Notes: generated by a model from the letters alone, not told the origin. 64,000 nt of DNA from Candidatus Poribacteria bacterium (GCA_965214095.1 OZ243938.1:4416001-4480000); one strand, 5' to 3'. Positions 9,811 through 20,721 are shown, counted from the stretch's first letter. Program-made: numbers and translations.

Positions 9811-11823
9811 ATGTCAAATTACTTTCCTTATCAGATTGATCACGGCAGTACAGATCCAAGCACATGGAACTTACCAGAAGGTGCAATTACACGGATAGGA
9901 CGAGGTGGGATACAGGATACAGCATTCTCACCCGACGGAAAACTCCTAACAATTGCAACATATCTCGGTCTATGGTGGTATGATGTGGAAAAACGTGAAC
10001 TCATAACATTATGGGAGCAGGGGAATGGAGTTGCATCTGTTTCATTTTCTCCATGCGGTGAATGGATCGCAATAAGCTACTATGGACATATCAAAATATG
10101 TGAAGTAACTACCGGTGAATGTATAATGGAAATACCCCGCGAAGAACGTGTCCCCCCATCAACACAAATTGTCTTTTCTTCTAATCGTGAGTATCTCGCA
10201 GTTGGTGGCTACAGTAGACACGCAAATCCTGAAAACAAACTCTACTGTTGTACAGAAATCTGGGAACTTCCGAAAAATGTTCATGAAATAGGAACAACTG
10301 ATTTGCCTAAATGCATAGGAAAATATGTGGGTACGAATCCGCTTGCATTTTCACCTGACAACCGTCTATTAGCTTTCGCTTCTCCTGATGGAACCCCCGA
10401 ACCTTACAACAGAGATGGATTTCCAATGATTGAAGAAAAAGGGACTGTGTTGTCTTCAAACACAGTCGTTGTGTTTGATATTGCAACAGGTAAACATCTC
10501 TCAACACTTAGTGGCATAGAAAACATTGCTACAATATGCTTCTCGCCAGACAGAAAACAACTTGCTGCATGTGATTGGAATGGTCAAACACAAGTTTGGA
10601 ACATTCCCAACACATCTTCAAATGATCAACACGAATGGAAACTACACACTACATATCAGAAACCAAATGAAGAGGGTTTGCAATCAATAAGTTATACACC
10701 AGATAATAGATTATTCTCTACTTTTTATCACTTCAAGGATAATACTGCTTCAGTGAATGATTTAGAAGAAGGGGAAACACTTTATAGACACCAGAATGAA
10801 TCAGGATTCTTCAATACTGACTTTTCAAGTAGGGTCCATCTTGCTTTTGAGAGTGAACATAATTTCCACTATTGGAAATTAGGTGAAAACCGAGCTGTCA
10901 GTCTGGAACATTCGTCAGGAGTGTGGCCAAGTTCTCTTCAGTTTTCATTAGATGGCAAGACTTTATTTGCTAAGTCAGGTTTGGGTGTCTTGAGTTATGA
11001 TATCACAACTCCAAACCTACCTTCAAAGATTTTCAAACCAAAACAAAAAAGGAAACATGATCCTGATAGTTACGGTGAACGGTATACTTCTGTTGTTATT
11101 TCCTCAGAGGAGAAATACTATGTCACCTCTGGTGAAAAAAATAGTGTGCGTCTGTGGGAAATTGGTAATTATACACCGATTGTTTCATTTCCAATAGAAT
11201 CTGAGTTGTCAGATGTTATCTTCTCACCGATTACAAACTTACTTGCATGCCATGACGAAGATAATAGAATCTATATCTGGGATATAACAACAAATGAAAT
11301 CTATGACACCTTTACAGTTGAATCGCCTGAGGACATTAAATATATCTCTTTCAGTTCAGATGGTAAATACCTTATCTGTCATTATGGACAAATATATGAT
11401 GTGTCTGAACGTAAACTTTTGGATAGGTATACGTATGATGACAGCATCAACTATCAAGCGTTTTCCTCGGAGTCCAACCAAATCTGGTGTGATTGGAATA
11501 ACGACACTATAGACTTATGGGATTTCCTGAAAGATGAAGAAGTCCTGTCTATTCCAAAGCCAGAATGGTGGGATCGTAAACATTTAGTGTCTCTTACGGT
11601 ATCTTCATGTGGTAAGTATCTTGCGTGCAGTCCAGATACATGGAATTGCAATGACAATCTTTGCGTTTGGGATATAACAAAGGAGAAAGAACCGATTGCT
11701 AAATTTACGACACAAGATAGTCCAAGATGTCTCAGCTTTTCACATGATAACACGCTTTTAGTTGGTTGTTATGAGGATGGTTCTATCCTGCTGTGGGATA
11801 TGAAACCATACCTTAATCAATAA
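9811..11823 (+). CDS. Divergent WD40-repeat protein (ORF open from 9775; ATG 9811 follows AAGGAG)
   Basis: WNLPEGAITRIGRG cap; degenerate FSPDG/WD blades. Confidence 0.88.
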   Translation: MSNYFPYQIDHGSTDPSTWNLPEGAITRIGRGGIQDTAFSPDGKLLTIATYLGLWWYDVEKRELITLWEQGNGVASVSFSPCGEWIAISYYGHIKICEVTTGECIMEIPREERVPPSTQIVFSSNREYLAVGGYSRHANPENKLYCCTEIWELPKNVHEIGTTDLPKCIGKYVGTNPLAFSPDNRLLAFASPDGTPEPYNRDGFPMIEEKGTVLSSNTVVVFDIATGKHLSTLSGIENIATICFSPDRKQLAACDWNGQTQVWNIPNTSSNDQHEWKLHTTYQKPNEEGLQSISYTPDNRLFSTFYHFKDNTASVNDLEEGETLYRHQNESGFFNTDFSSRVHLAFESEHNFHYWKLGENRAVSLEHSSGVWPSSLQFSLDGKTLFAKSGLGVLSYDITTPNLPSKIFKPKQKRKHDPDSYGERYTSVVISSEEKYYVTSGEKNSVRLWEIGNYTPIVSFPIESELSDVIFSPITNLLACHDEDNRIYIWDITTNEIYDTFTVESPEDIKYISFSSDGKYLICHYGQIYDVSERKLLDRYTYDDSINYQAFSSESNQIWCDWNNDTIDLWDFLKDEEVLSIPKPEWWDRKHLVSLTVSSCGKYLACSPDTWNCNDNLCVWDITKEKEPIAKFTTQDSPRCLSFSHDNTLLVGCYEDGSILLWDMKPYLNQ

Positions 11824-11985
11824 CATGTGTTTGCTATAAACTCAATGAAGTTTAAGAGGACCACTGGGTAATTCTATGGTCACAAAGAACGGTAGGTGCA
11901 GTGTCCTAAACAATTCAGCATACTTCTTACACTACAGTTCAAATCGGAACATCAACCAGAAAATTTGTTTTACTTTGGAGATATT

Positions 11986-13884
11986 ATGCTTAAAATCCCT
12001 TTTATACTTAATCTCATTTTATTGAGCATCCTTATTTTGAATACATGTGATGCACAAGATGCTATGCAGTGGAATCTACCTGAAGGTGCAATAGCACGCC
12101 TCGGTAAAGGAAAAATAAATGAGATACAATATTCTCCTGACGGGAAAATACTCGCTGTAGCAACCAGAATCGGTCTTTGGTTATACGATACAACAACGTA
12201 TCAAGAAATCAGTCTTCTAACAGACCATAAAAGTTCGGTCACTAATATTATATTCAATCCAAACGGTAACACCTTAGCAAGTGCCGGAAAAGACAACTCC
12301 ATCCTTCTATGGGATATACACACTGGCACACAAATTAGGTTATTTGCACATACGGGTAGATTTGCACAGAACATCTTGAGATTTAGCAATGATGGAAAGG
12401 TTATTGCAAGCGGTGAAAAGGATACTATCATCTCATGGAATGCTATAACAGGTGAACATAAGGATACTATTAATGGATTACCAGAATATATCGCAGATTT
12501 CTCATTCAGTCCGTTAGGCAGAATCATTGTTAGTGTAACTTCTGACGGTGTAGTATGTATTTCAGATGCAGCTAACGGTGATAAAATAAAATCATTCACT
12601 GTGGAAATGAAAGAAGGTGTATTTTGCGTTGGATTCAGTCCGGATGGTAAATATGTAGCAATCGGTGGTCGAGACGGTATTATCTATCTCGCAGATATAT
12701 TTAAGGGTGAACTGATACGAAAACTCACTGGACATAACTTTGACATACAACGTCTTGTCTTTAGTCCAGATGGAAATACACTTATAAGTTCATGCTATGT
12801 TGATGAAACAGTCCGTATATGGAATCCACATACAGGTGAACTAATACGGACTATTACTGAACACACAGGTGATCTATGGGGTTTAGACTACAGTCCTGAT
12901 GGAAATACATTCGCAAGTAGTGGAAGTGGAGATGCAACAATCCGTTTCTGGGACACCAAAACTGGAAAACAGAAACATCAGATCACAGGACACTCGGATT
13001 TTGTGAGTAGTATGACTTTGCATCCAAATGGAAAATATATCGCATGTGGTTATGATGATGGTTCCATCCGTTATTGGAATATAAATACCAAGCAACATGT
13101 CAAGACTTTTGATAGGTATATAAATACTATCTCAGAATTAGTTTTCACTCTTGATGGAAAAACAATAATTGCAGGAGTTGATCAAGGTCTCCGTATTTAT
13201 GATGCTAATACTGGAAGACAGATGTTCCACATGACAGAACATGAAGGATTAACCCATAGCATTGCACTCAGTCCCGATGGAAAGACCATTGCAAGTGGAA
13301 GTGAAGATATGACAATCCGCCTATGGGATATACACACAGGAAAACTAAACAACGTACTCAAAGGGCATAAACACAGAGTATATAGTCTTGTCTACACACC
13401 TGATGGAAAAATTCTTATCAGTGGCAGTGAAGACAATACGATTCGTCTATGGGATGTTATTGGGGGTAAGAACACAAAGACTTACACTGCACACACCGAT
13501 GCTTCAGAACTTCATCAGGGAAATCCATTGAGTTTTGAAGGGGTAAAGAGCCTTGCATTGAGTCCTGATGGAAAAACCCTGTCAAGTGGCGGTGGTGACA
13601 AGAACATACACCTGTGGGACTTTGAAACGGGTGTTAAAAAGATTACATTTAAAGGCCATTTATATCCTGTATACACTTTAGCTTTTAGTCATGACGGTAA
13701 TCTTCTCGCAAGCGGAAGTTCAGACGGGGATATCAGAATATGGGATACACAGACAGGTGAGTTGAAAAAATTACTAACGGGACATACTGCAAGGGTGAAG
13801 AGTTTATTGTTCAATCATGACGGTAAAACTCTGTTTAGTGCAAGCGACGATGGCACCGTCCTCTTGTGGGGAATAATACCATAG
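11986..13884 (+). CDS. Secreted WD40-repeat protein (ORF open from 11896; ATG 11986 follows GGAG)
   Basis: Signal peptide MLKIPFILNLILLSILILNTCDA, WNLPEGAIARLGKG cap, canonical WD40 repeats. Confidence 0.92.
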   Translation: MLKIPFILNLILLSILILNTCDAQDAMQWNLPEGAIARLGKGKINEIQYSPDGKILAVATRIGLWLYDTTTYQEISLLTDHKSSVTNIIFNPNGNTLASAGKDNSILLWDIHTGTQIRLFAHTGRFAQNILRFSNDGKVIASGEKDTIISWNAITGEHKDTINGLPEYIADFSFSPLGRIIVSVTSDGVVCISDAANGDKIKSFTVEMKEGVFCVGFSPDGKYVAIGGRDGIIYLADIFKGELIRKLTGHNFDIQRLVFSPDGNTLISSCYVDETVRIWNPHTGELIRTITEHTGDLWGLDYSPDGNTFASSGSGDATIRFWDTKTGKQKHQITGHSDFVSSMTLHPNGKYIACGYDDGSIRYWNINTKQHVKTFDRYINTISELVFTLDGKTIIAGVDQGLRIYDANTGRQMFHMTEHEGLTHSIALSPDGKTIASGSEDMTIRLWDIHTGKLNNVLKGHKHRVYSLVYTPDGKILISGSEDNTIRLWDVIGGKNTKTYTAHTDASELHQGNPLSFEGVKSLALSPDGKTLSSGGGDKNIHLWDFETGVKKITFKGHLYPVYTLAFSHDGNLLASGSSDGDIRIWDTQTGELKKLLTGHTARVKSLLFNHDGKTLFSASDDGTVLLWGIIP

Positions 13885-14013
13885 GACTTGATCTTTTGTC
13901 AGTGGTCATTACAAAAAAACGGAAGATCGAGAAATTCAACAAAATTTTGAATACACTTATATCTTCCACGAATGAATATGTTCCGACCAATTTCACGAAA
14001 ATTATTACACACA

Positions 14014-14042
14014 TGCAACCTTCCTTCCCTTAAAACGCGTCA
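14014..14042 (+). promoter_or_regulatory. ECF-type promoter, probably autoregulating the sigma-WD40 gene
   Basis: TGCAACC-N17-CGTCA, matching the typical ECF -35 AAC and -10 CGTC, about 40 nt before ATG 14081. Confidence 0.6.
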
Positions 14043-14080
14043 CCTATTATTGTAAGTGTAAATTATTTTGGAGTTTTCTG

Positions 14081-16555
14081 ATGGAAAGAGACGACACAGA
14101 ACTAATTAGCAGCATTTTATCAGGTGACGAGACTGCTTTCAATCTATTGGTAAGAAAATACCAGAAAAGTGTCCAGGCACTTGCATGGAGAATAACCGGT
14201 GATTACCATATCGCTGAAGAAATAACACAAGATACATTTCTTCATGCCTTCAAAAAACTCTCAACCTTGAATGAACCTAAACAGTTCTCTGGGTGGCTCC
14301 ATGTCTCTGCTAAACGTCAATGTCTTGCATGGTTGAGAAAAAAGAAAATGGACATGCAATCGTTGGATTCTGTCCCTGAAATAGCATTGGAGAAAGCTGC
14401 CTATGCAAATTATATTGCTGATCTCAGAGAAGAAGAATATAACGAATATCTCCGAGAAATAGTTGATGATCTGCTACAAGAACTACCTAATAAGGAACGC
14501 ACAGTTGTGATCCTTCACTACATTGAAGAAATGACATGCGAAGCAATTGGCAAGCATCTAAGTATATCACCAAACACTGTCAAAAGCAGATTAAGTCGCG
14601 CTCGGAATCGTCTTAGGATTGTAGATTTTCATCTGAAACCGATCAAACATAAGCGGACACATGACAGTTCTCTTCAAGACACAAATAGGATGAGTCAACA
14701 AAAAGGAATTGCAACAATGAAAGACAATTTAGAACATAATCCTATGCAAGGGTTCTCACCGAGAAATGCTAAAGCACAACTTGGGAAAGGTAGGATACAC
14801 AGAATAACATATTCACCTGATGGAAAATCACTTGCTGTCGCAAGTGGTATAGGTATATGGATATATGATATTCTTACTAATCAAGTAATAACATTGTTTA
14901 GAGTTAATGATCATGAAGTCAATTACGTTGCATATAGTCCTGATGGACATTACATTACAGGAGGATATGACGATGGTAAAGTCTGGATTCTGAATACAGA
15001 AACTGGTGAACCTTTCCCTTTAACATTTGATGACCATACAGATATTGTATGGAAAATAGCGTATAGTCCCGATGGAAAAACAATCGCAACGGATAGTCGC
15101 GATGGAACTACACGATTTTGGGATGTTTCATCAATAAATCTTAAGCAGTCTAACACAATAATTAACATTAAGCATACTATTACAAAAGAATCTTTTCATG
15201 CAAATGAGGTATCATTCACATCTGATGGTAAGGAAGTGGTATGTGTAAGTTGGAAAGATAAAATTAGTATATTGAATACCGAAAAGTATGAGCCAATAAT
15301 GACGTCCAACTTACATCCTGATTGTGAAACCACCAGTACTGCGTTTAGTCCAACTCAAGAAATAATCGCTGTAGGTAGTGACAATGGAAAGATATATCTC
15401 TATGATAGAATAACTAATGAACTGATAATAACACTTACTGCTCATAAAGAACATGTTGATGTCTTAACTTTTAGTCCGGATGGCAAAACACTTGCATCTG
15501 CATCACTTTATGAAAAATCCATCAAACTGTGGGATACACACACTGCAAATCACATAAAGACATTCAAAGGACACGAATCCTATATACGAGGATTAGCGTT
15601 CAGTCCTGATGGAGAAACACTAACAAGTGGCAGCGGGGATGGCACCATCCGAAACTGGGATATTCAATCAGGTGACAATATAATAAAATATACCGGATAT
15701 TCAGAATATGTTATGAGTATTGCCTACAATCCAAATGGAAATCAAATCGCAAGTAAAACAAGTGATCACGCGATCCGTTTATGGGATACAAGAAGATGTA
15801 AGAACATTGAAACATACTATCAGTTCCAAGATACTGCATTCGGTATCACATTCAATTCTGATGGAAATCTTCTCGTTGCGAGTGCAGCTGACAACGGTAT
15901 CAAACTCTTGATTGTAAACACAGGTGAACACAAAATAATACCAACTGGACAATCTGAAATCTATGAAGATATTTCGTTCAGTCCTGATGGCAATACACTT
16001 GTGAGTAAAGACACTGATAACAATATCGGATTATGGGATGTCCAAACATGTGAAGAAAAGAAAGTGCAATTAGGTCCGGATAATTGTGTAAGAGGTATCG
16101 CATTTCACCCAGACGGGAAAACTATAGCGACTCGAAATCTTGGAAACTCCATACAACTCTGGGATGTTGACACAGGTGAAAACTTAAAGACCTTCTTGGC
16201 ACATTCTGGAGGCGTTGACTGTATCGAATTTAGTCCAGATGAGAAGACATTAGCAAGTGCTGGAAATGATGGCATCATCAAACTGTGGGATACTAACACC
16301 AACAAATCCATAATGGAACTTACCGGTCATACAGATATGACCATTTGCTTAGCATTTAGTCCTGATGGAAAAACACTTGCAAGCGGTAGAGAGGATGGTT
16401 CCATTAATTTATGGGATACTGAAAATGGTAAGCGCAAGAAGATACTTTATGGTCATTCAATTAAGGTGAATAGTATGAAATTCAGTACGGATGGAAAAAC
16501 GCTTGCAAGTGGTAGTGCTGATGGTGCCGTCATCTTATGGGAAATAAGCTCATAG
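14081..16555 (+). CDS. ECF sigma-70 factor fused to a C-terminal WD40 propeller region
   Basis: Region 2 (AFNLLVRKYQ..AEEITQDTFLHAFKKL..FSGWL), region 4 (LPNKERTVVILHYIEEMT..ISPNTVKSRLSRAR), then AKAQLGKG cap and WD40 repeats. Confidence 0.92.
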   Translation: MERDDTELISSILSGDETAFNLLVRKYQKSVQALAWRITGDYHIAEEITQDTFLHAFKKLSTLNEPKQFSGWLHVSAKRQCLAWLRKKKMDMQSLDSVPEIALEKAAYANYIADLREEEYNEYLREIVDDLLQELPNKERTVVILHYIEEMTCEAIGKHLSISPNTVKSRLSRARNRLRIVDFHLKPIKHKRTHDSSLQDTNRMSQQKGIATMKDNLEHNPMQGFSPRNAKAQLGKGRIHRITYSPDGKSLAVASGIGIWIYDILTNQVITLFRVNDHEVNYVAYSPDGHYITGGYDDGKVWILNTETGEPFPLTFDDHTDIVWKIAYSPDGKTIATDSRDGTTRFWDVSSINLKQSNTIINIKHTITKESFHANEVSFTSDGKEVVCVSWKDKISILNTEKYEPIMTSNLHPDCETTSTAFSPTQEIIAVGSDNGKIYLYDRITNELIITLTAHKEHVDVLTFSPDGKTLASASLYEKSIKLWDTHTANHIKTFKGHESYIRGLAFSPDGETLTSGSGDGTIRNWDIQSGDNIIKYTGYSEYVMSIAYNPNGNQIASKTSDHAIRLWDTRRCKNIETYYQFQDTAFGITFNSDGNLLVASAADNGIKLLIVNTGEHKIIPTGQSEIYEDISFSPDGNTLVSKDTDNNIGLWDVQTCEEKKVQLGPDNCVRGIAFHPDGKTIATRNLGNSIQLWDVDTGENLKTFLAHSGGVDCIEFSPDEKTLASAGNDGIIKLWDTNTNKSIMELTGHTDMTICLAFSPDGKTLASGREDGSINLWDTENGKRKKILYGHSIKVNSMKFSTDGKTLASGSADGAVILWEISS

Positions 16556-16602
16556 ATACTTCACAACAATTCATCACCTGAGCACCGTGTTCCTACGCAA
16601 TA

Positions 16603-16775
16603 TTAACGATGAGGACAACCCGGCCAACAACAAGGTCTACGTTTACCCTCTATCAATTCAGCATGTGTTCGTTCAATCCGTTTCATTTTCGTCTCTGGTT
16701 TCTTAGCAGATGTAACCCAGCAAATCCATTCATTACGCGCAAGAGGTGTCAGGTCATTCCATTCCTCTTGCACAA
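16603..16775 (-). pseudogene. C-terminal remnant of a YdeI/OmpD-associated family protein
   Basis: WNDLTPLARNEWICWVTSAKKPETKMKRIERTHAELIEGKRRPCCWPGCPHR. Similarity stops upstream of VQEEW and there is no convincing start. Confidence 0.65.
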
Positions 16776-16903
16776 CTAATATAATCTTACCTTGACACAA
16801 TAATCATTGACATGTTAGTCTATAGATAGAGTCATCAAGACGAAAAATAATATCCTCCACAAAGATTTATCTCATATCATCTTTCAATAAGCGACAATTC
16901 GTT

Positions 16904-18817
16904 ATGAAAAAGCTCAACATTAATTTAATACTCATACTCATCCTATTCCAATTTTCATTGTCCAGTAGCATGGCTCAAGATTATATCCGATGGCAATTGC
17001 CACAAGGGGCAGTTGCACGTTTAGGAAAAGGAAAACTCTATGATATAAAATACATACCAGATAGCAATCTCATTGCAGTCTCTACATCCATCGGTGTTTG
17101 GTTATACGACACAGACACAGGTGCAGAAACTGCACTCATCGCGGGGCACACAGATAGCATTGAGTGCATTGCAATTAGTTCTGATGGAAAGTTAATGGCG
17201 ACAGGCAGCAATGACAACACCATAAAGATATGGGACATAGAGACACGAAAACGAAAATCAACACTCATCAGACATATAGATGATGTCCGTTCAGTCGCAT
17301 TCAGTCCAGATGGAAAGACGCTCGCAAGCACAAGTGAAGATGCAACCGTATGCCTATGGGACATCCAAACTGCACAACTTATAAAGACCTTATCAGGACA
17401 CACACGTTGGGGAAGAGCACTTGCATTCAGTCCAGATGGCACTATCCTCGCAAGTGGTAATAACGATGCAACCATACAACTCTGGGATGCCAACACCTAT
17501 CAACTTCTAAGAATTTTATCGGGGCATGAACGCGCTGTAACCTCGCTTGTATTCAGTCCAGACAGCAAAACTATCGTCACGGGATGTGATGATGGCACCG
17601 TTGGAATATGGGATACAAACTCCGGTTTGAACAAACACATAATCGCAGGACATTCATGGTATGTCGTATCCGTTGCGATGTCTCCCGATGGCAAGTCATT
17701 CGCAAGTGCCAGCAAGTCATTCGCAAGTGCCAGTTGGGACAATAATATCCACCGATGGGACATCAACACAGGTGAACAGTTGAGAACACTTACTGGACAC
17801 ACAAATCATGTTGTTTCTGTAACATATTCTCCAAATGGAAGTACCATCGCAAGTGGAAGCTATGATGGAACTGTACGTTTCTGGCATGCTCGTACAGGAC
17901 GAGAGAAAATGATGCTTGTCGGACATAATCGAGATGTCAAATCTGTTGCTTTTTCTCCCGATGGCAAAACCATCGTAAGTGCTAATTCAGGAAGCACTAT
18001 AGATCTTTGGAACACACAAACAGGCTCATATAAGAATACACTGTTCGGTCACACACAAACGGTCTTTAGTGTCGCATACTCACCTGATGGAAAAACCATC
18101 GCAAGTGGTAGCCAAGACAACACAGTCCGTTTATGGAACGCACAAACTGGTCAACTTGTGAAGACACTCCGTGAACATTTGAACGTCGTGGCATCGGTCG
18201 CATTTTCTCCCGATGGAACGAAGCTTGCAAGCGGAAGTTATGACTTAACGACACGGATATGGGACCTCCAATCAGGTGAAACCTTACATACACTGGAATC
18301 TCATAAAGAAAAAGTCCGAGCTGTCGCATTTTCTCCAAATGGAAAAACTCTTGTCACAGGTGCAGGTGATAACAAAATTATATTTTGGGATCCAAATACT
18401 GGTAAACACAAGAAACCCTCTTCTCCTAATCTAATAGTTAGAAACCAACATAATCAACATACCAATGAAATAACAGGACTTACATTCAGTCCAGATGGGA
18501 GAATCTTGGTCACATCAAGTGATGATAGAAGAATCGGTTTGTGGAATGCACGCACAGGACAAAATACACGGTTGTTATCTGGGCATGCATGGTATGTACT
18601 TTCTGTAGCATATTCACCATTGGATGATATAGTTGCAAGCTGCAGTTGGGATAAGAAAATTCGTTTGTGGGATGCAATAGCTGGAATACCCAAACCAGGT
18701 TTCGCGGGACATACAGGTTATATCTTATCTGTAGCATTTTCTCCAGATGGAAAAACACTTGCAAGTGGTAGTGCAGATGGAACCGTCCTTCTGTGGGACG
18801 TGTCAAATTTACGATGA
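16904..18817 (+). CDS. Secreted WD40-repeat protein
   Basis: Signal peptide (SMA-Q), WQLPQGAVARLGKG cap, highly canonical WD40 repeats. Confidence 0.94.
   Translation: MKKLNINLILILILFQFSLSSSMAQDYIRWQLPQGAVARLGKGKLYDIKYIPDSNLIAVSTSIGVWLYDTDTGAETALIAGHTDSIECIAISSDGKLMATGSNDNTIKIWDIETRKRKSTLIRHIDDVRSVAFSPDGKTLASTSEDATVCLWDIQTAQLIKTLSGHTRWGRALAFSPDGTILASGNNDATIQLWDANTYQLLRILSGHERAVTSLVFSPDSKTIVTGCDDGTVGIWDTNSGLNKHIIAGHSWYVVSVAMSPDGKSFASASKSFASASWDNNIHRWDINTGEQLRTLTGHTNHVVSVTYSPNGSTIASGSYDGTVRFWHARTGREKMMLVGHNRDVKSVAFSPDGKTIVSANSGSTIDLWNTQTGSYKNTLFGHTQTVFSVAYSPDGKTIASGSQDNTVRLWNAQTGQLVKTLREHLNVVASVAFSPDGTKLASGSYDLTTRIWDLQSGETLHTLESHKEKVRAVAFSPNGKTLVTGAGDNKIIFWDPNTGKHKKPSSPNLIVRNQHNQHTNEITGLTFSPDGRILVTSSDDRRIGLWNARTGQNTRLLSGHAWYVLSVAYSPLDDIVASCSWDKKIRLWDAIAGIPKPGFAGHTGYILSVAFSPDGKTLASGSADGTVLLWDVSNLR
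17691..17732 (+). repeat. Perfect in-frame 21-bp tandem duplication inside a WD40 gene
   Basis: GCAAGTCATTCGCAAGTGCCA x2, giving KSFASASKSFASAS. Confidence 0.9.
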
Positions 18818-20697
18818 AGAACACACAACTTTATCACATACTCCTCATCTTTATTTCTACGCTATCAGTATCTCTTTGTCATGCCGTAGATCACACCCAA
18901 TGGCAATTACCTGAAGATGCAACCCGCCGATTTGGGAAAGGGGTCATCCAAGATATAGTATATTTCCCAGATGGTAATCGTATCGCTGTCAGCACTACAA
19001 TAGGAGTATGGATTTACGATGTCCATACAGGCGACGAACTTGCACTTCTCACAGACGGGGTGAATGATTATTCTGCAATCGCATTCAGTCCTGATGGACA
19101 AATACTTGCTTCTGCAAGTGAAAACAACATACAACTCTGGAATATAGATGAACTCAAACTACAAGATGTTTACACGGGACATACATCTGAAATCAAGTAT
19201 TTAGTTTATAGTCAAAATGGGAAAACTCTTATAAGTGGAAGCACAGATGCAACTATTCGTGTATGGGATACAGCAACGGGTGAAACGTTGTCAACCTTAG
19301 TTGGTTTCTCTGACAATACAGCTGAAATTGCAATTTCTCCCGATGGCAGAATGGTTGCAAGTTCAGCATTCACAAATATAGGCAACATCTGGGTGTATAA
19401 CTTGGAAACAGGAGGACTTAATAATAAAATTGCAACAAATAATAACATCATATATGAACTCCTATTCTTACCAGATGGACACAGAATTGTCGCAGGAGAT
19501 AGAAACGGTGATTTACAGATATACGATGTGAATTCAGGTGCATTACTGAAGAAACTGGCAGGTAAAATCGGGTATACAAAATCCTTAGATTCCTCAAAAA
19601 ACGGTATGTATATCCTATCTGGATCTGCTGAGGAAATCATCCAATTGTGGGCAGTTGAAATTGAAATACTAATTAATACTTATAACAAAGACATTGATCC
19701 CATTTCTAAAGTAGCATTTTCACCTGATGGTAGTACTTTTGCCAGCGCAAGTATAGGTGAAGGAACACTCCAAATCTGGAACATTGGAAATAGCAAACTT
19801 CAGAAAACAATTTCTGGACATACAAATTACAGCAGATCAGTCGTCTTTTCTCCGGATGGACAATTCCTTGCCACCACCGTGATGGCAGATGATACCATAA
19901 ACGTCCGTAATATACAAACAGGAGAGATACATCTATCACTCAACGGACACACGCAACGTCCATATTCCCTAACATACTCACATAACGGAGAAATACTTGC
20001 ATCGGGAAGTTACAACGGACAGATTATTCTATGGGATATGAAGAATGGAAATATATTAAATCAACTTAGTGAACATGGACAAAATGTAAGCTCTTTAGCA
20101 CTGTCTCCCATTAGAAATTATCTTATAAGCGGTGGATGGGATTCTATGATCAATTTTTGGAACTTTAATACTGGTAAAAATATACAGCATATTCCAATGA
20201 ACCAAAAGGTTCGGGATATAGCAATCAGTCCTGACGGTAATATACTTGCAAGTGCCACTGATGAGAAAACTGTCCGATTATGGAATGCAAATACAGGAGA
20301 ATCAATAGGAAAACTTGAAGGTCATAAAGAATCAGCAGAATGTGTCGCATTTTCACCAAACGGTAACCTAATTGCTACGGGAAGCAACGACAACACAATC
20401 AAAATATGGGATCTGAAATCTCAAGAACTAATTAACACTTTTTCTGAACCAACCAATAAAAATACGGATGATGTCGCGTTTAGTCCTGATGGAAATCTAC
20501 TTGCAAGCAGTAGTCTAAAGGTCATTCGGATTTGGGATGTAATGACAGGTAGAATCCAAAAGACATTTACAGGACACACAACCTGGGTTCGTTCCGTCCA
20601 GTTCAGTCCTAATGGTCATAAGCTCGCAAGTTCCTCATCCGATGGCACAGTGCTCCTATGGGATGTATCAGATATATCTAATGCCAACAATAGATAA
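18814..20697 (+). CDS. Secreted WD40-repeat protein (ATGA overlap with the previous gene)
   Basis: Signal peptide MKNTQLYHILLIFISTLSVSLCHA, WQLPEDATRRFGKG cap, WD40 repeats. Confidence 0.92.
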   Translation: MKNTQLYHILLIFISTLSVSLCHAVDHTQWQLPEDATRRFGKGVIQDIVYFPDGNRIAVSTTIGVWIYDVHTGDELALLTDGVNDYSAIAFSPDGQILASASENNIQLWNIDELKLQDVYTGHTSEIKYLVYSQNGKTLISGSTDATIRVWDTATGETLSTLVGFSDNTAEIAISPDGRMVASSAFTNIGNIWVYNLETGGLNNKIATNNNIIYELLFLPDGHRIVAGDRNGDLQIYDVNSGALLKKLAGKIGYTKSLDSSKNGMYILSGSAEEIIQLWAVEIEILINTYNKDIDPISKVAFSPDGSTFASASIGEGTLQIWNIGNSKLQKTISGHTNYSRSVVFSPDGQFLATTVMADDTINVRNIQTGEIHLSLNGHTQRPYSLTYSHNGEILASGSYNGQIILWDMKNGNILNQLSEHGQNVSSLALSPIRNYLISGGWDSMINFWNFNTGKNIQHIPMNQKVRDIAISPDGNILASATDEKTVRLWNANTGESIGKLEGHKESAECVAFSPNGNLIATGSNDNTIKIWDLKSQELINTFSEPTNKNTDDVAFSPDGNLLASSSLKVIRIWDVMTGRIQKTFTGHTTWVRSVQFSPNGHKLASSSSDGTVLLWDVSDISNANNR

Positions 20698-20721
20698 TAA
20701 TCACTTTGTTTGAGAAACTCA

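Noticed and set aside
7935-20697. Diversity-generating retroelement or recombinase shuffling of WD40/LamG paralogs
   Set aside because: No reverse transcriptase or recombinase gene, and I saw no TR/VR pair with adenine-specific differences.
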